A stretch of 64,000 bases of DNA, from assembly GCA_002811645.1 (NCBI GenBank), contig PDIP01000028.1:124001-188000 (forward strand). Direction: 5' to 3'. A model generated the notes under the pieces. It was not told where the DNA came from, made no database searches, and worked only from the letters and a program-made list of their open reading frames with translations. Positions 43,081 through 54,075 of the stretch are shown here, piece after piece; position 1 is the first letter of the stretch; each line of letters opens with the position of its first letter. The position numbers were made by a program, and so were the translations under genes. The DNA is from Corallochytrium limacisporum Hawaii. Its lineage: Eukaryota; Protista; Pluriformea.

Positions 43081-45135
43081 ACTTGTCGAGGATATGTAAC
43101 CAACGTCTTCTGATGTGGCACTCAATCATCAGACTACAAGTAATGACTGAGTAGTTTGAACTTGGTTGAATACCACCACGTACGGAACCACCAAACTCAG
43201 CCGAAACAAAGAATATGGTATTCCTTCGTCGAACCAGGCCATGTTGTTCTCAACCGAATGGTCACCTCCTCGAAAGAGTCTGAATGTGCCAGATCTGCAA
43301 TAGAGCGGGCAACAGCAACGGTACACGGTGTTCTCTGGAGCCCCTTGGCGCCCAACACACTCTCCCCTTGGCAATTCGCGAACAACAGCTCTCTAGAAGA
43401 AAAAGCCGACTTGGGGGGGGGCCATCCCAACGCAGTCCCTCCTCCCTCCCACCGGTCTCAGAATACAGGAAATACAAGTGTTTAGCCCAATCACATGAAT
43501 CGAAACAGGGGCCTATTTAATCCGAACCCGAGTAGAAAATTGACACTGAGCACACAGCTCGCAGTAATTGGAGTCTGGGGCATCTGTTTACCCAGAATTC
43601 CGTTTCCAGCCACCTATAATACCGCAGCCCCACGCAACCCCCACCACTAAGGAACGGATAGGAGCAACCCTTTTTTATTTTGGCCAACGCTCAAGGGTAT
43701 TGGAAGTTTTTGTTTTCCTGGCTGTGAGAGGGGAGGGCAAAGAAAGTGGGGAACAGGACTTTGCGAGCGAGTCCCAAACTCATTTACCGGGGGCGCCACC
43801 CTCCGCACGGTCGGCAACAACCGCCGGAAACCATTGTCTGGGGAGAGACAATTCCTTGGTTTTCTCATCGAGGCCTCCCCCACCTGCAAGATGAAAAGAG
43901 GGAGGGAGGGGTGGGGGGAGGAATCCATATCGAAGGCGAGGCAGGCCTACCGAACAAAGGGATCTATTTCCCTTCTTTCGGGGCGTTCCCCTATCCGCCT
44001 CAGCTTGTTCCCCCGGGGTTCTTATGGTTCCTTTGTTGCTAGTTGAGGAATGTGTGTATAAGGTATGCCTGCCTCAGCGGGCAGTGTCCACCCGGGGACG
44101 TAGGCAATCCCCGCTCATTGTCCACTGCTGAAGAGTCCGCACAAAGTGCGACGCCACGTAATGGGTTCCCATCAATCTTAGCGTGCAAGGAGTAGTGGAT
44201 GTTTTTACTGGAGTACCACACGTGAGCTGAATAACTTTGTTGCTTGTCCTTGACCATAGTGCGTAACCAGTACCTTATCTTGGACTTTGCAGTGCTCGAT
44301 ATTCTCTGCGGGATAGGGCTGGCTCAGCAACACTGACACCCAGGAACATTTCATTTGCTCGACGGCGCCGATCCAGAGAGTAGCGGACAAACAATAAAGT
44401 CGCGCATTTGTCTCCCACCAAGCGGGAGGGAGGCCGAGGCGGGTATGAGGAATTCCCTGTTCCAATAACACGATGTCAAATTCGGGACCATTGCTGGGAG
44501 CTTGTACTCACGGACGAAGATTGTATGAGGGCAACAGACGGTCAAAAATCAAAAGGCATGAGTTGCTTTCTCTCTCGGTCTGCGTGCTCTCTAAATCTGG
44601 CCGACCAAACACGTTGACTGTCAAATTCCGAAACAAGAGTCAGCAAGTTGAGTCAGTGCACCCCGTAAGTTCCCGAAAACGATCGGCCAGCTTACTTGTC
44701 ATCGTCATCAGCCGCTGTGTTCTCTGACAGGCACTCCGCCGTTTAGCCCCATCAGCGGCCTTTCAAGAGATGGATAGCGGTAGTCCAAACAACGTCGCAC
44801 TATCAAAAGTTAATGACACCAACAACAGTTTTAGCCCTATCAATGAGTATATGATTTGAAAAAGGGCTATGTCTGGTACAAGAGCTGATGTGTGTGTACA
44901 TGGGAGTTCAGAACGATAGCGCCAAGGTCACGTCGCTACCTAATCCTTACCGCCCACATACACAAATTAAATAAAGTAGTAGTAGATTGGGGATCTGAAT
45001 TGTTTCAAGTACATATCAAAATCGTGTACGTTGTCTACCTCTCGGGACAAAGTGAGAAAAAGTCCCCACAATATCAGCAGCGCGTGAGCTGAAGCCGAGC
45101 TTTAATATGCCGCCCCCCCCCCGGCCCTGGTGGAC

Positions 45136-45143
45136 TATATAAA
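45136..45143 (+). promoter_or_regulatory. Putative TATA box just downstream of a C10GG tract
   Basis: TATATAAA, 1.2 kb upstream of the next ATG (46373). Confidence 0.3.
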
Positions 45144-46372
45144 GTCACTGTTGTGACAATGGCACTTCTCAATTGACTCTCTCGTACGAAAACTAAGCAC
45201 TATTGCTGAGTGTTGGCGGGCTTGAAAGAGAGGCGGGCGTGAACGCGCAATTATGGAGATTAGACAATGGTACGGCCCAAGACAATTCCCGTTGTGCAAC
45301 CAGTGCCAGGTTCGCACTACCACACTCTGACCCTACGATCAGAAAATGAAACTCAATAACATTGAAGCAGAACGTTATGCCTGCGGGTGGCGTAAGGTCC
45401 GGTACTGCGCTGAGGGTACCGCTCCTGTAAATACCGCGAGAGCCTCTGTATCACGAAACTAAACCGCACGGGGTACAGAACTTTGCAATTGCTGGAGCAT
45501 TGTGCGTTTGGGAGACACCACCTTTCCGGATTGGATAAGTATGGCTCCAGAGTCTTGTCGGTGTGTGTCACCAGACAACCCCTTTAGACTTCGGATGTTT
45601 CTTTCCTTCGACGAGCCCCAGCTCCCCCCCCCTTCCGGGTGGACCGGAACCACAGGCTGACCAATGCCCCAAGCTGGATAGTAGCGGTAGATACTAGTAT
45701 TGAGATCGACGAAAATTTTCCTCTGAGCACCCATCCTTACACCGGTACCGATACCTAAAACTAACACAGAGCCTAACATGCAATGTTCACTCGGTGAGAG
45801 CTTTATGCGCCAGGCCTCCGGCTCCCCCGGTTCTACCAGTTTCGACTGGGCTCACAAAAATAGCCGTTGCCCACACGCACTCTCCTAGCGTACAGTTGCG
45901 TGCAGAGCATTTTTTTGCCCTTCGAGGTTCTGTTCGGTACCAATCCTCGCGGACCGGAGCTTTCAAGAGGGAGGGAATGGCTTACCGGGAGCAGTGTTCC
46001 CTGCTGTCCGCGTAGACAAATGGGGAAAGGCGAATAATTTACATGAAGATTATCATGGATGCTCTGAATGCTTTGGTAAGTGTCTGTGGAATGTTCTCGC
46101 CGTATAAACCAATGGTCTTCGAAATAATGCGCTTGTCCTGGTATTTGTCGGTAACGCACCCTGTCGGAAGCTATTCTTTGTTTCTTCTCTCATTGGAAGA
46201 ATCTTTTTGACATACAGTTCCGGGAATGGGAAACATAATGAATTAGGCGGATTGTGTAAGCCAAGGTGAAGAGGCCGAGACACAAGGAACCGGAAAGACA
46301 CATTGACTTGAAGTGAGCAAGGGACTGTAAATTACAACGCACGGGGAACAAAACCTGCCAACAGACACCACA

Positions 46373-46951
46373 ATGGTGCAGGGTGCACACTCTGTCATGG
46401 CCAGCCTCTTTGAGGATGGCGGAAAAATGGCCCAACACAAAGCCCTTGTCCGGATGGGGTTAGTGGGAAAATGCAACATCGCCCTTGGTGAATTAAGTGT
46501 GGAAAACTTCAAGAACGAAGAGGATTTGAAGCCGATGATGGATTTAATCTTCGAAGATTTGAGCGAAGCATACACAGTGTACACATACCGATTTTTTATC
46601 GTCAACTGGCCCCAGTACACTTGGATAGCACGGTACAAAGGTAAAATTATTGGGTGTGTCCTTACAAACCTTTTTGAGGATGATGGGATAAAGCAAGGTT
46701 ACATTGCCATGTTAGCAGTTACGAAATCGTATCGTCGCAATGGCGTAGGTACTGCCCTCGTGAAGTGCGTTCTCGACCAATTGATTGCAGATGGCGCAGA
46801 TGAGATAGGACTTGAGACTGAAGTCATCAACAGTCCTGCCATTAGGCTGTATGAATCTCTTGGGTTCTCTAAAGACAAACGTCTGATTGCACACTATCAG
46901 GACGGAAGCGATGCCTTCCGTATGAAGCTGTGGCTAACCGAACCTCAGTGA
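46373..46951 (+). CDS. NAA30: N-alpha-acetyltransferase NatC catalytic subunit-like (GNAT)
   Basis: DLSEAYTVYTYRFF..NWP, GYIAMLAV...YRRNGVG, LETE..N..A..LYE.LGF..DKRL, DAFR.KL. Confidence 0.88.
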   Translation: MVQGAHSVMASLFEDGGKMAQHKALVRMGLVGKCNIALGELSVENFKNEEDLKPMMDLIFEDLSEAYTVYTYRFFIVNWPQYTWIARYKGKIIGCVLTNLFEDDGIKQGYIAMLAVTKSYRRNGVGTALVKCVLDQLIADGADEIGLETEVINSPAIRLYESLGFSKDKRLIAHYQDGSDAFRMKLWLTEPQ

Positions 46952-47133
46952 GTAATCTGTTCAATTATTCTTACACATTGATTCCATTATCATCGTTTGA
47001 GCATAACATCCGTACATAGCATCCATCCATATCACAATACAGCTCTAAATTTTATAACATTTTATGGTTGAAGAATCGTGGCTTAATGTTGGTGTACAGT
47101 GGAACCTCTACTTAAACATGCGTAATCATCTTC

Positions 47134-47706
47134 CTATGCTCCCTTAAGTGCATCGACAGGCTGGAATTTGACCACAAAGGTCTGCGGCTGGACTTCAAAT
47201 GACGCTGCAGCGCTCAGGATGTCTTCAATGTTTGGTCGGAGCTTGTCCAAGAGCTCATTATCAACGGTCTCTGGGGCCTTGAGGCGGTCTGCCACGGACC
47301 CTTTCGCGGGTGCTGATACGAAACTGTGAACCTCTTCAGGCCACGAGTCCACCTTGAGCAGTCGCTTGAAGTATTCATCGGCTCTTGCCATTGCTTCGTT
47401 ACCTTCCAGAGCACCCACAGTCGCTGTTGTGTCGATCATTGTGTCCGCAGCCTTCTGGATGATCTGTCGGAAGAACGCTTGCTCAGCCTGATATCGATCT
47501 GTGTAACTGTGGCTGTACTGTTGAGAGTTACTCTGAAGAGGCCCGCCTCCATTCTCCTGGCCAGATCCAGCTACTGTGGCACTATTTTGAGGTGCAGCAG
47601 CGGGCACGCTCTGCGGTGTCCCCTGTGCGGCATTCTCTCCGCCCTGGCCTCCGGCCCGCTGCCGACTCTCGGCCCGGTCAGAGCTTTTTCCCAAGTTGCA
47701 CCCCAT
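47134..47706 (-). CDS. LAMTOR1: Ragulator scaffold LAMTOR1/p18-like
   Basis: MGC myristoylation/palmitoylation N-terminus; EQAFFRQIIQKAADTMID...ARADEY.KRL; C-terminal VVKF. Confidence 0.75.
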   Translation of the reverse strand: MGCNLGKSSDRAESRQRAGGQGGENAAQGTPQSVPAAAPQNSATVAGSGQENGGGPLQSNSQQYSHSYTDRYQAEQAFFRQIIQKAADTMIDTTATVGALEGNEAMARADEYFKRLLKVDSWPEEVHSFVSAPAKGSVADRLKAPETVDNELLDKLRPNIEDILSAAASFEVQPQTFVVKFQPVDALKGA

Positions 47707-48413
47707 AGCGTATAGGGCCTGATCCGTAAAGGCTTATGATATGTTTTGGTTGCTACGTAGCAGTATGCTCGAAACCTTGTCGGGTCAAGTTAGTTCCTTG
47801 TCACGAATGAGCTCGCAGAATCTTACTACAAGCAAGTCCGGCACACCTTTACATATTCTATTGGCTGATACTCTGAGAAATTGCTCATACATATTCCGCT
47901 TTGGTGTAGAAATTGACAGTTGGCTTCTTTAAAACACCTGCAGTCTGATCTGGTACCACTTTCAGACTGCAAAAGGAATCGAGTTCTCGCACACTTTAGG
48001 CGTCGGTTATTTACGCATTGTTTGGCTTTTTCCTCTCTTCCTGCGCTGGGGGGCCTCTGGGCCCCAACCTCCCTCGTTAGTTTAGGGAGGTGAGACCTCC
48101 CCTCGAACACAGACCATTCAGGGGGATGGTCTGCACCGCTACCGATTTTGTACCCGATCCCTCTCTTTGACCGCCGCTGGTGAGTGCGGGCCGGTCCGAG
48201 GCAACGCGAGGATCCATAGCAAGTTTTACAGTCCGATGTCCCTGTGGTTCTTCTGTTCGTCTGAACTCATTTTGGTCGAAGTTTTGAACTTCTCTTTCGT
48301 TGCCTTAAGCATCCTCGTGTGGGTACGTAAGAGCAGCGGAAACCTCCGTCTCTTAAGGATGGATACCAATGAGTTGTGCGGAATCGTGAAGGTGAAGTTG
48401 AGGAAATATAACA

Positions 48414-49016
48414 ATGGCTTTCAAGACCAGGAAGAAGAGAAATCAGACTTCTTCTTCACGGACACTGGATGTAGAAGATGATGTTACCATAAAGACTCAG
48501 CTCGAAGGCGCACAGGACGGAGAAGAGAATGATTACGAGCATCCAGTTGAGGAACTGGACGACCTCAAATCCCACCAAAACCTGAAACGGCGAAAAACAG
48601 GCGTGGGTGCCACCGACGCTCATACTGATCGAGGAACAGACATGAAAGAGAAGGATTCTGTAGATGACTATTTGAGCGGGAAGTCATTTCGCAAGTTCGT
48701 TCCGGAGCAAGAAGAAGTCAACAAGGACAAGAGAACCGCAGCAACCCAGAAGGCTTCCCTCCTACATGACCGGATTCTGTCTGCCTTGGAGGAAGGAGCA
48801 GAGGACGATGACTCTAGCAAACAGAAGCCTGGCCACAAAGTCCTTAAGCGAGATCAGACTGACGCGATGTATACATTGCCGGAGCATCTAGTAGGAAAGG
48901 AACGAAAGAGTCCAAAAAACGTCATTGACCCGAAGGATCCGAACCGTATGGTACCCAAAGAACTATTGCGAAAAGTACCAGAGGTTCAGTTCGGGCCCCA
49001 GCAGGGAAAATCATGA
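48414..49016 (+). CDS. C9orf78/Tls1 (HCA59)-like splicing factor, short form
   Basis: HQNLKRRKTGV, MYTLPEHL and VPEVQFG resemble the family motifs QNLRKRPNGV, LYELPE and IPEVDLG. Confidence 0.6.
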   Translation: MAFKTRKKRNQTSSSRTLDVEDDVTIKTQLEGAQDGEENDYEHPVEELDDLKSHQNLKRRKTGVGATDAHTDRGTDMKEKDSVDDYLSGKSFRKFVPEQEEVNKDKRTAATQKASLLHDRILSALEEGAEDDDSSKQKPGHKVLKRDQTDAMYTLPEHLVGKERKSPKNVIDPKDPNRMVPKELLRKVPEVQFGPQQGKS

Positions 49017-49108
49017 CCCAGGGAACAGCCTTAAAAATTACAATGTTAAAGAAGAATTTGACGACGACTCTTTGTTGATTTGTTTTGATACTGCGTCGGC
49101 AGCGAGAC

Positions 49109-49633
49109 CTAAGGGCCTGCTTCGGCTCCGATCTCTTTGTTTGTGTCAGTTTTTCTGATAATGATACCGTTTTGTTTTTCCATGGACTCCCGAAGCTCTG
49201 CCAAACGAAGATCAAGGCCCGCGATCTCTAGAGCTAGTTCAAGACACCTTTTGTAGCACTTTTGTGACTGGCGCAGACTTTGAGGAACCAGTACACCAAA
49301 CCACAGCAATGGGTCTCGGCGATGCTTTGCGACGTTCTCCGACCCTGTTATTTCTTCCAATTCTTCGTCTGTGTAGGTGCACTCTGACAGGCTCATGGTG
49401 TTGTCCTCTACATCCAATGCAACCTTGGGAAACATGAATTTGGGATACTGAGACGGTCCTATTGTGTTGCCACCCTGATACTTCCGTGCCTCTGCCATGA
49501 ACACGCCTGCTTCACTTAGCAGAGCATTAAGTTTGCGCTGCCGTGCCGCCCTGTCGGCATACAGCTCAAAGTATGAATTAAGGTCCTGATCCAAGGCCTC
49601 CTTCAGCTCTGTCATATCCAGTGCTTCCGGCAT
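49109..49633 (-). CDS. CCDC115: V-ATPase assembly factor CCDC115/Vma22
   Basis: DPLLWFGVLVPQSLRQSQ signature; MAEARKYQG. First ATG at 49633. Confidence 0.9.
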   Translation of the reverse strand: MPEALDMTELKEALDQDLNSYFELYADRAARQRKLNALLSEAGVFMAEARKYQGGNTIGPSQYPKFMFPKVALDVEDNTMSLSECTYTDEELEEITGSENVAKHRRDPLLWFGVLVPQSLRQSQKCYKRCLELALEIAGLDLRLAELRESMEKQNGIIIRKTDTNKEIGAEAGP

Positions 49634-50885
49634 TCTGACCACAATAGTTCTTTATCTATACAAATACAAGGAAGATTGGCAAGGTGCTTCTCTTAATTTA
49701 CAAGATGTATCTTGCAATAACTACCAACACATGTTTTGGTAGCCGCATTTTGAAAATCTTTGTTGGAGAGCCACTCCACAATTCCCGTGCACAACATGAG
49801 CAGTGACTCCAAAGGCCCACGTCAGAACTTTCACTTCAGAGAAGGTAGGGAAAGCAGCTAGCCACTTTATTATAAATAGACTCCCATTATTTGATTCGAA
49901 TATTATTTCTGTTGCCCGGCACACCGAAGCCCGGCAACTCCGGTGGTAATTGGCTGGTGCGCATCCACGCTTTCCGCCCAAACAATAAGCCAGCTTTTAT
50001 GGACACGTCCCGTCGCCCATGATAGGGGATGATTAAATACTTAACATACTGATATTCGTAGGCAACATGGTGCACCTATGTACAAGCGTGGATGAGGCTG
50101 AAGTTATTCAATTGCGCGGTGGCGGGAAATATTCTAAGAGCAAATGATGAGGCACTGAAAGTACGGGGCATTTTTCCAAAGAGACGATGATATTTTTGCT
50201 TTTCCGAGACCATCCCCGGCCAGGCAAATGTGGAACACGAAAAGATACCTCCCTCGCCGCCACAAACGCGCACGTTCGGCCCTTGAAATACATAAAGTAT
50301 TGAAATTAATCTCACCGTTTTCCTGGAAATGGCAGTGACGTCTGCAGCCGAGGAGGTAAGAGGAGCCTCACACCGCGGACTGGAACATCACCACAGCGGC
50401 GCCCGATATCCTTCACCGGTTTTGGGTACTGGGGAATGGGGGGGGGTTTGCGAGAAGGGGCCCCTACGCCTTTGGGCGCGGAAAGTACCCGCAAGAACGT
50501 GCCAAACGGAGCACCGCCGGTACTTGTGCTGTGCGTTTTGTGTACGTTGTTAACGCTGTTTTGGCCTGAGACTCCTTCCAGCGTTCGTGCGTGTGGAGCC
50601 TGCCAATGAAGCAGGCAGAGGTTGCTTTAGGCTCGGTTGCAGCGATGAGAGCACCTTCTTGTTTGACGATTGGAGGGTTCAGCGGGAATGGCTTTTTTTG
50701 AGAAGTGTCCTTACCTTGTCATCCTCTTTTGAAATGCTTAGTGACTAGGTATTTAGAACAAAATGGTTGCTGAAACACGGTGATCATCTCCTTTGGCATG
50801 CATGAATGTGACTAGATAAGCGGTCGGTACCGAGTGAGCTCGTTGAACGCATCCTCTCCGGGAACCTCTAAAAGTTCAAATCGTC

Positions 50886-51773
50886 ATGCCCGCGATGAGC
50901 TGCTTCTCGTGCGGGTCGGTACAGGAGCAAAAGAAAGCTCCTTTGTCCAAAAATCTGATCGGAAACCCTACAAATTTTGTACACACAACACACCTGGGAC
51001 GCAATGATGCCCAAGGAGGAGTTGCTGCATACACTGCCCAGCAAATGCAAACAAAGGGCGGCTACACAGGCGCTAAAGTTGCACCCGAGCCCGGCGCAAG
51101 GGCTGCAACACGGCCAGCGGGGGCTGTCAAGAAGGTTGAGCAACCGAAGCCGGTGCAACCCAGGAAGAGTGCCACCGAATTGCCTCCGCCTCCTCCAGTC
51201 TCCACCACGGCTGCGGCTGTCACTGCTGCAGTGGCAGATGATGCTGTAGTCAGCGAAGAAGAGGTAGAGTCAGTTGTTGAAGCCGTTGATCCTGTAGAAA
51301 TTAAGAAGCAAGATTCGATCCCGTCTGTGGAAGATTCGGTACAGGATGTCAGGGAAAATGTGGCAGAGTCGACTGAGGAAATTCAGACCAAGGAGCGAGT
51401 TGAGGGTCCAAATATCGCTGACCCTCCCACTCCGGCCCCTACGCCTGTCGAATTCAGCTTTAAAGACATTCCATCCGCAGTTGAGCAGGCTCAAGCCGAC
51501 ATGAACGCAGCGGTCGACGAAGCTTTGGAAAAGACGGATGCACACGCTGACGAGGAGGAGACCACCTTTGTTGCAGAGACAGTTGAGTCTGAGTCGCAGA
51601 AGAGCGAGGAAGCCGACGTCGAGGACATCAAGGAGAACGTGAACGAGTGCGACGCAGTGAACGAGTGCGACGCAGTGAACACTGTCGAGGACGCAGTGAA
51701 TACTGTCGAGGACGCAGCGGCAGAGGAATCTAAAGAGGAAGAGGAGGATGAGGATGGGGGCATGGATGTTTGA
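50886..51773 (+). CDS. CDC42SE: CDC42 small effector (SPEC)-like CRIB protein with long acidic extension
   Basis: N-terminal CFSC; CRIB IGNPTNFVHTTHLG; SPEC-specific QMQTKGGY. Confidence 0.8.
   Translation: MPAMSCFSCGSVQEQKKAPLSKNLIGNPTNFVHTTHLGRNDAQGGVAAYTAQQMQTKGGYTGAKVAPEPGARAATRPAGAVKKVEQPKPVQPRKSATELPPPPPVSTTAAAVTAAVADDAVVSEEEVESVVEAVDPVEIKKQDSIPSVEDSVQDVRENVAESTEEIQTKERVEGPNIADPPTPAPTPVEFSFKDIPSAVEQAQADMNAAVDEALEKTDAHADEEETTFVAETVESESQKSEEADVEDIKENVNECDAVNECDAVNTVEDAVNTVEDAAAEESKEEEEDEDGGMDV
51639..51716 (+). repeat. In-frame coding tandem repeats (18 bp x2, then 21 bp x2)
   Basis: GTGAACGAGTGCGACGCA x2 and GTGAA(C/T)ACTGTCGAGGACGCA x2, encoding VNECDA and VNTVEDA. Confidence 0.9.
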
Positions 51774-53600
51774 TTTGACGACCGCATACCTATACTCCGC
51801 TAGACCTCACCCCTGAGAATCATCTATACCATACTCACCAGTTCATCATCCATCATAGTCTGAAATTCGTATAAACGAATACTGTATGTATCATCATTGT
51901 CACTTTTGCAACCACTCTCAATACCGTCCCTACGCGTATGCTAGTATCCCATTCGCTCACGCGGCCAGGCCCCTGTGCGGGGATCTTTGAAAACAGTCCC
52001 ACTTAGAGCTTCCGTGAACATGTTGCGGACATGCCCTTCAACCCTTTTCCGACTGAAGATGTGCACGCTAAAAGTGTACTCTCGCACCGCTCTTCTCCGC
52101 TCCCAATGTACGTGTGCAATTGGTCCTCTGTGCGGAAAATTCACCCGGTCCGGAAGCTCGCCCGCCTCTGACCGACACGCCTCCGCCCGTACTGACGCTC
52201 GGTTGGGCTGAGGGTTTTTGTCTGTTTCAATTTTTTCTTCAAGCCACCACCGCGGTTAGCATTAAACTTTTCAGTACATTCAGTACCGGATGTGGACTGA
52301 CCTGCCCAACCCAAGGGTCATGCCCTTTGCTCCCGGCAGGTGAAAAAAAAAAGTGGGGTTGCACAAGAATAGTTAATGTAGGGGGATCTCCCGCTTGAAA
52401 AATTGAGAGCAGCTCTGCCAGGGCAGCTGTCCCTGGGGTTACGAGTCAGTATTGAAAGTACCGGGCGCCTCCGCGAAAACCCTCCGCACCCCCCCATCCC
52501 TACTTTTTATACATATACGGATTCCAATATAGAACTATCTATATGCGTATTTTAATTAAGGTAAATCTATAATATATATACTGAACTATTGTAAATATGG
52601 ATGACCCCACCATGGCGTGCCTTCCCGAACACGCAGCCTGGTTCTGGCGATCCTCAGAGGGGAGCGGGCCCGGACGCGAGTTCTTGAGACCCGCCTTCCC
52701 ATCTCTCCCCCCCCCCCTCCGTTCCCCTTTGCACCAATCGCGTTCTACATGCTAAAGTACCTAGTGTACTAGTTGTCCGTGACTGGGTCAAGACTGTGGC
52801 AAGCAGAGGCGATGCGGCCGGACAAAAAAAAGTCCAGCCAGGTGGAATTTCCACTCTGTCCCAAGAAAAACGCCACGGCCAGAGAAAGGAAAAAAAAGGA
52901 AAGGAAAAGGAAACCATCGGTCGTGGCCCAACTAGCGCGCATACTGAATGAAGGGAAAAGGTACGACCTTCGGACGTGCACGAGCGCCTTTGCTGAAACA
53001 ATAAAAAATACTCTCGCTCTCTCGATCTCTCGCTCTCTCTCTCGTCTCCCCCCCCTCCTCCCCTCCCCCTGTAAATCCGTCACCTTTCATACGGCAGACT
53101 CTTGACAGTCCGAAGAAGATGGGAAAGTTCATTGGCAGTCATATCTTTACGACAGATCGGGTACCGGATAAGTTAAGCGGGAGGACATTAAGCGAGGGCG
53201 GTCGCTCACGTTTGGTCTTCCCAAGAGTCTCACAAGCCAAAAATGCCAAAAAAAAGAAAAGCAAAAGAAAACCCCAATCGGCACAACTTTTGTCCGGCTC
53301 GTCATCGGGTCCTGACCAGCACAGGAGATAGCGGCAGCAGGGGCCCCATTGGTTTCCCCTATATTTTTTTTCTTCTCCTTTGTGGCCCTCCCACCTCCCC
53401 CCCACCACCCCGTCTTTTTCCTTTCAACGGACGGGGTCCCGACTGAAATGAATGTGTAAGAAAGAGGGAGAACCCCCCCCTTTCCCGTCACCCGGGGTTG
53501 AAGTGGTAAGGAAGGGGAGGGGGGAGTTTGCTGTGTCGGTTCAGTGGAGAATTGAACTGATACTGTACTGAACCCAGTGTGTACTGGCAAAGGGGAGGGG

Positions 53601-53620
53601 CCCCCCGGGGGGGGGGGGGG
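53601..53620. promoter_or_regulatory. C6G14 tract upstream of the HECT ligase
   Basis: Seen directly within a homopolymer-rich upstream region. Function inferred. Confidence 0.35.
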
Positions 53621-54075
53621 TTGACGAAGTGTCCTCAACTGGGGGGGGTTTTGGCAAAAAAAAAAGTTGGATCGAAGGAGACCCTGTTGATCGGCTGGCG
53701 GATGGAGGTGCGGAGCAGGTTCCTACTTTTTGGTGCTGCACTTTGTGGCTTGTTTAGTTCCGCCTCCGCTTTACTGTTTCCTGTGCTGTTGCGATATTAT
53801 CATGTGAGACGTGCAAATTGCGTGTCTCGTGAGCCGATCTTGGTATGAATACTCGGACGGTTTCGCAAGGTATGGAAGGCGCAGCGACAAGCACAGACGA
53901 AGAAGAATCCATGGCTTTGCAAAGAGTAGTCGTGTTCGCAAGTTAAGTCAGATAGGAGGTCATCATGACATAGAACAGACATTACAACTCCATCCAGAGA
54001 GTTAGGAAACTGGGGGAACACGATCCAATTTCTAGTTTCATTTGATAGTTAGTTAGCACTGCAGAGACTACAGGC

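Noticed and set aside
45050-45070. AAAAGTCCCC resembling RNase MRP CR-I
   Set aside because: No matching GGGGCT CR-V partner at a suitable distance.
47134-49633. LAMTOR1 and CCDC115 as a lysosome/V-ATPase cluster
   Set aside because: Separated by an unrelated gene, with no shared promoter.
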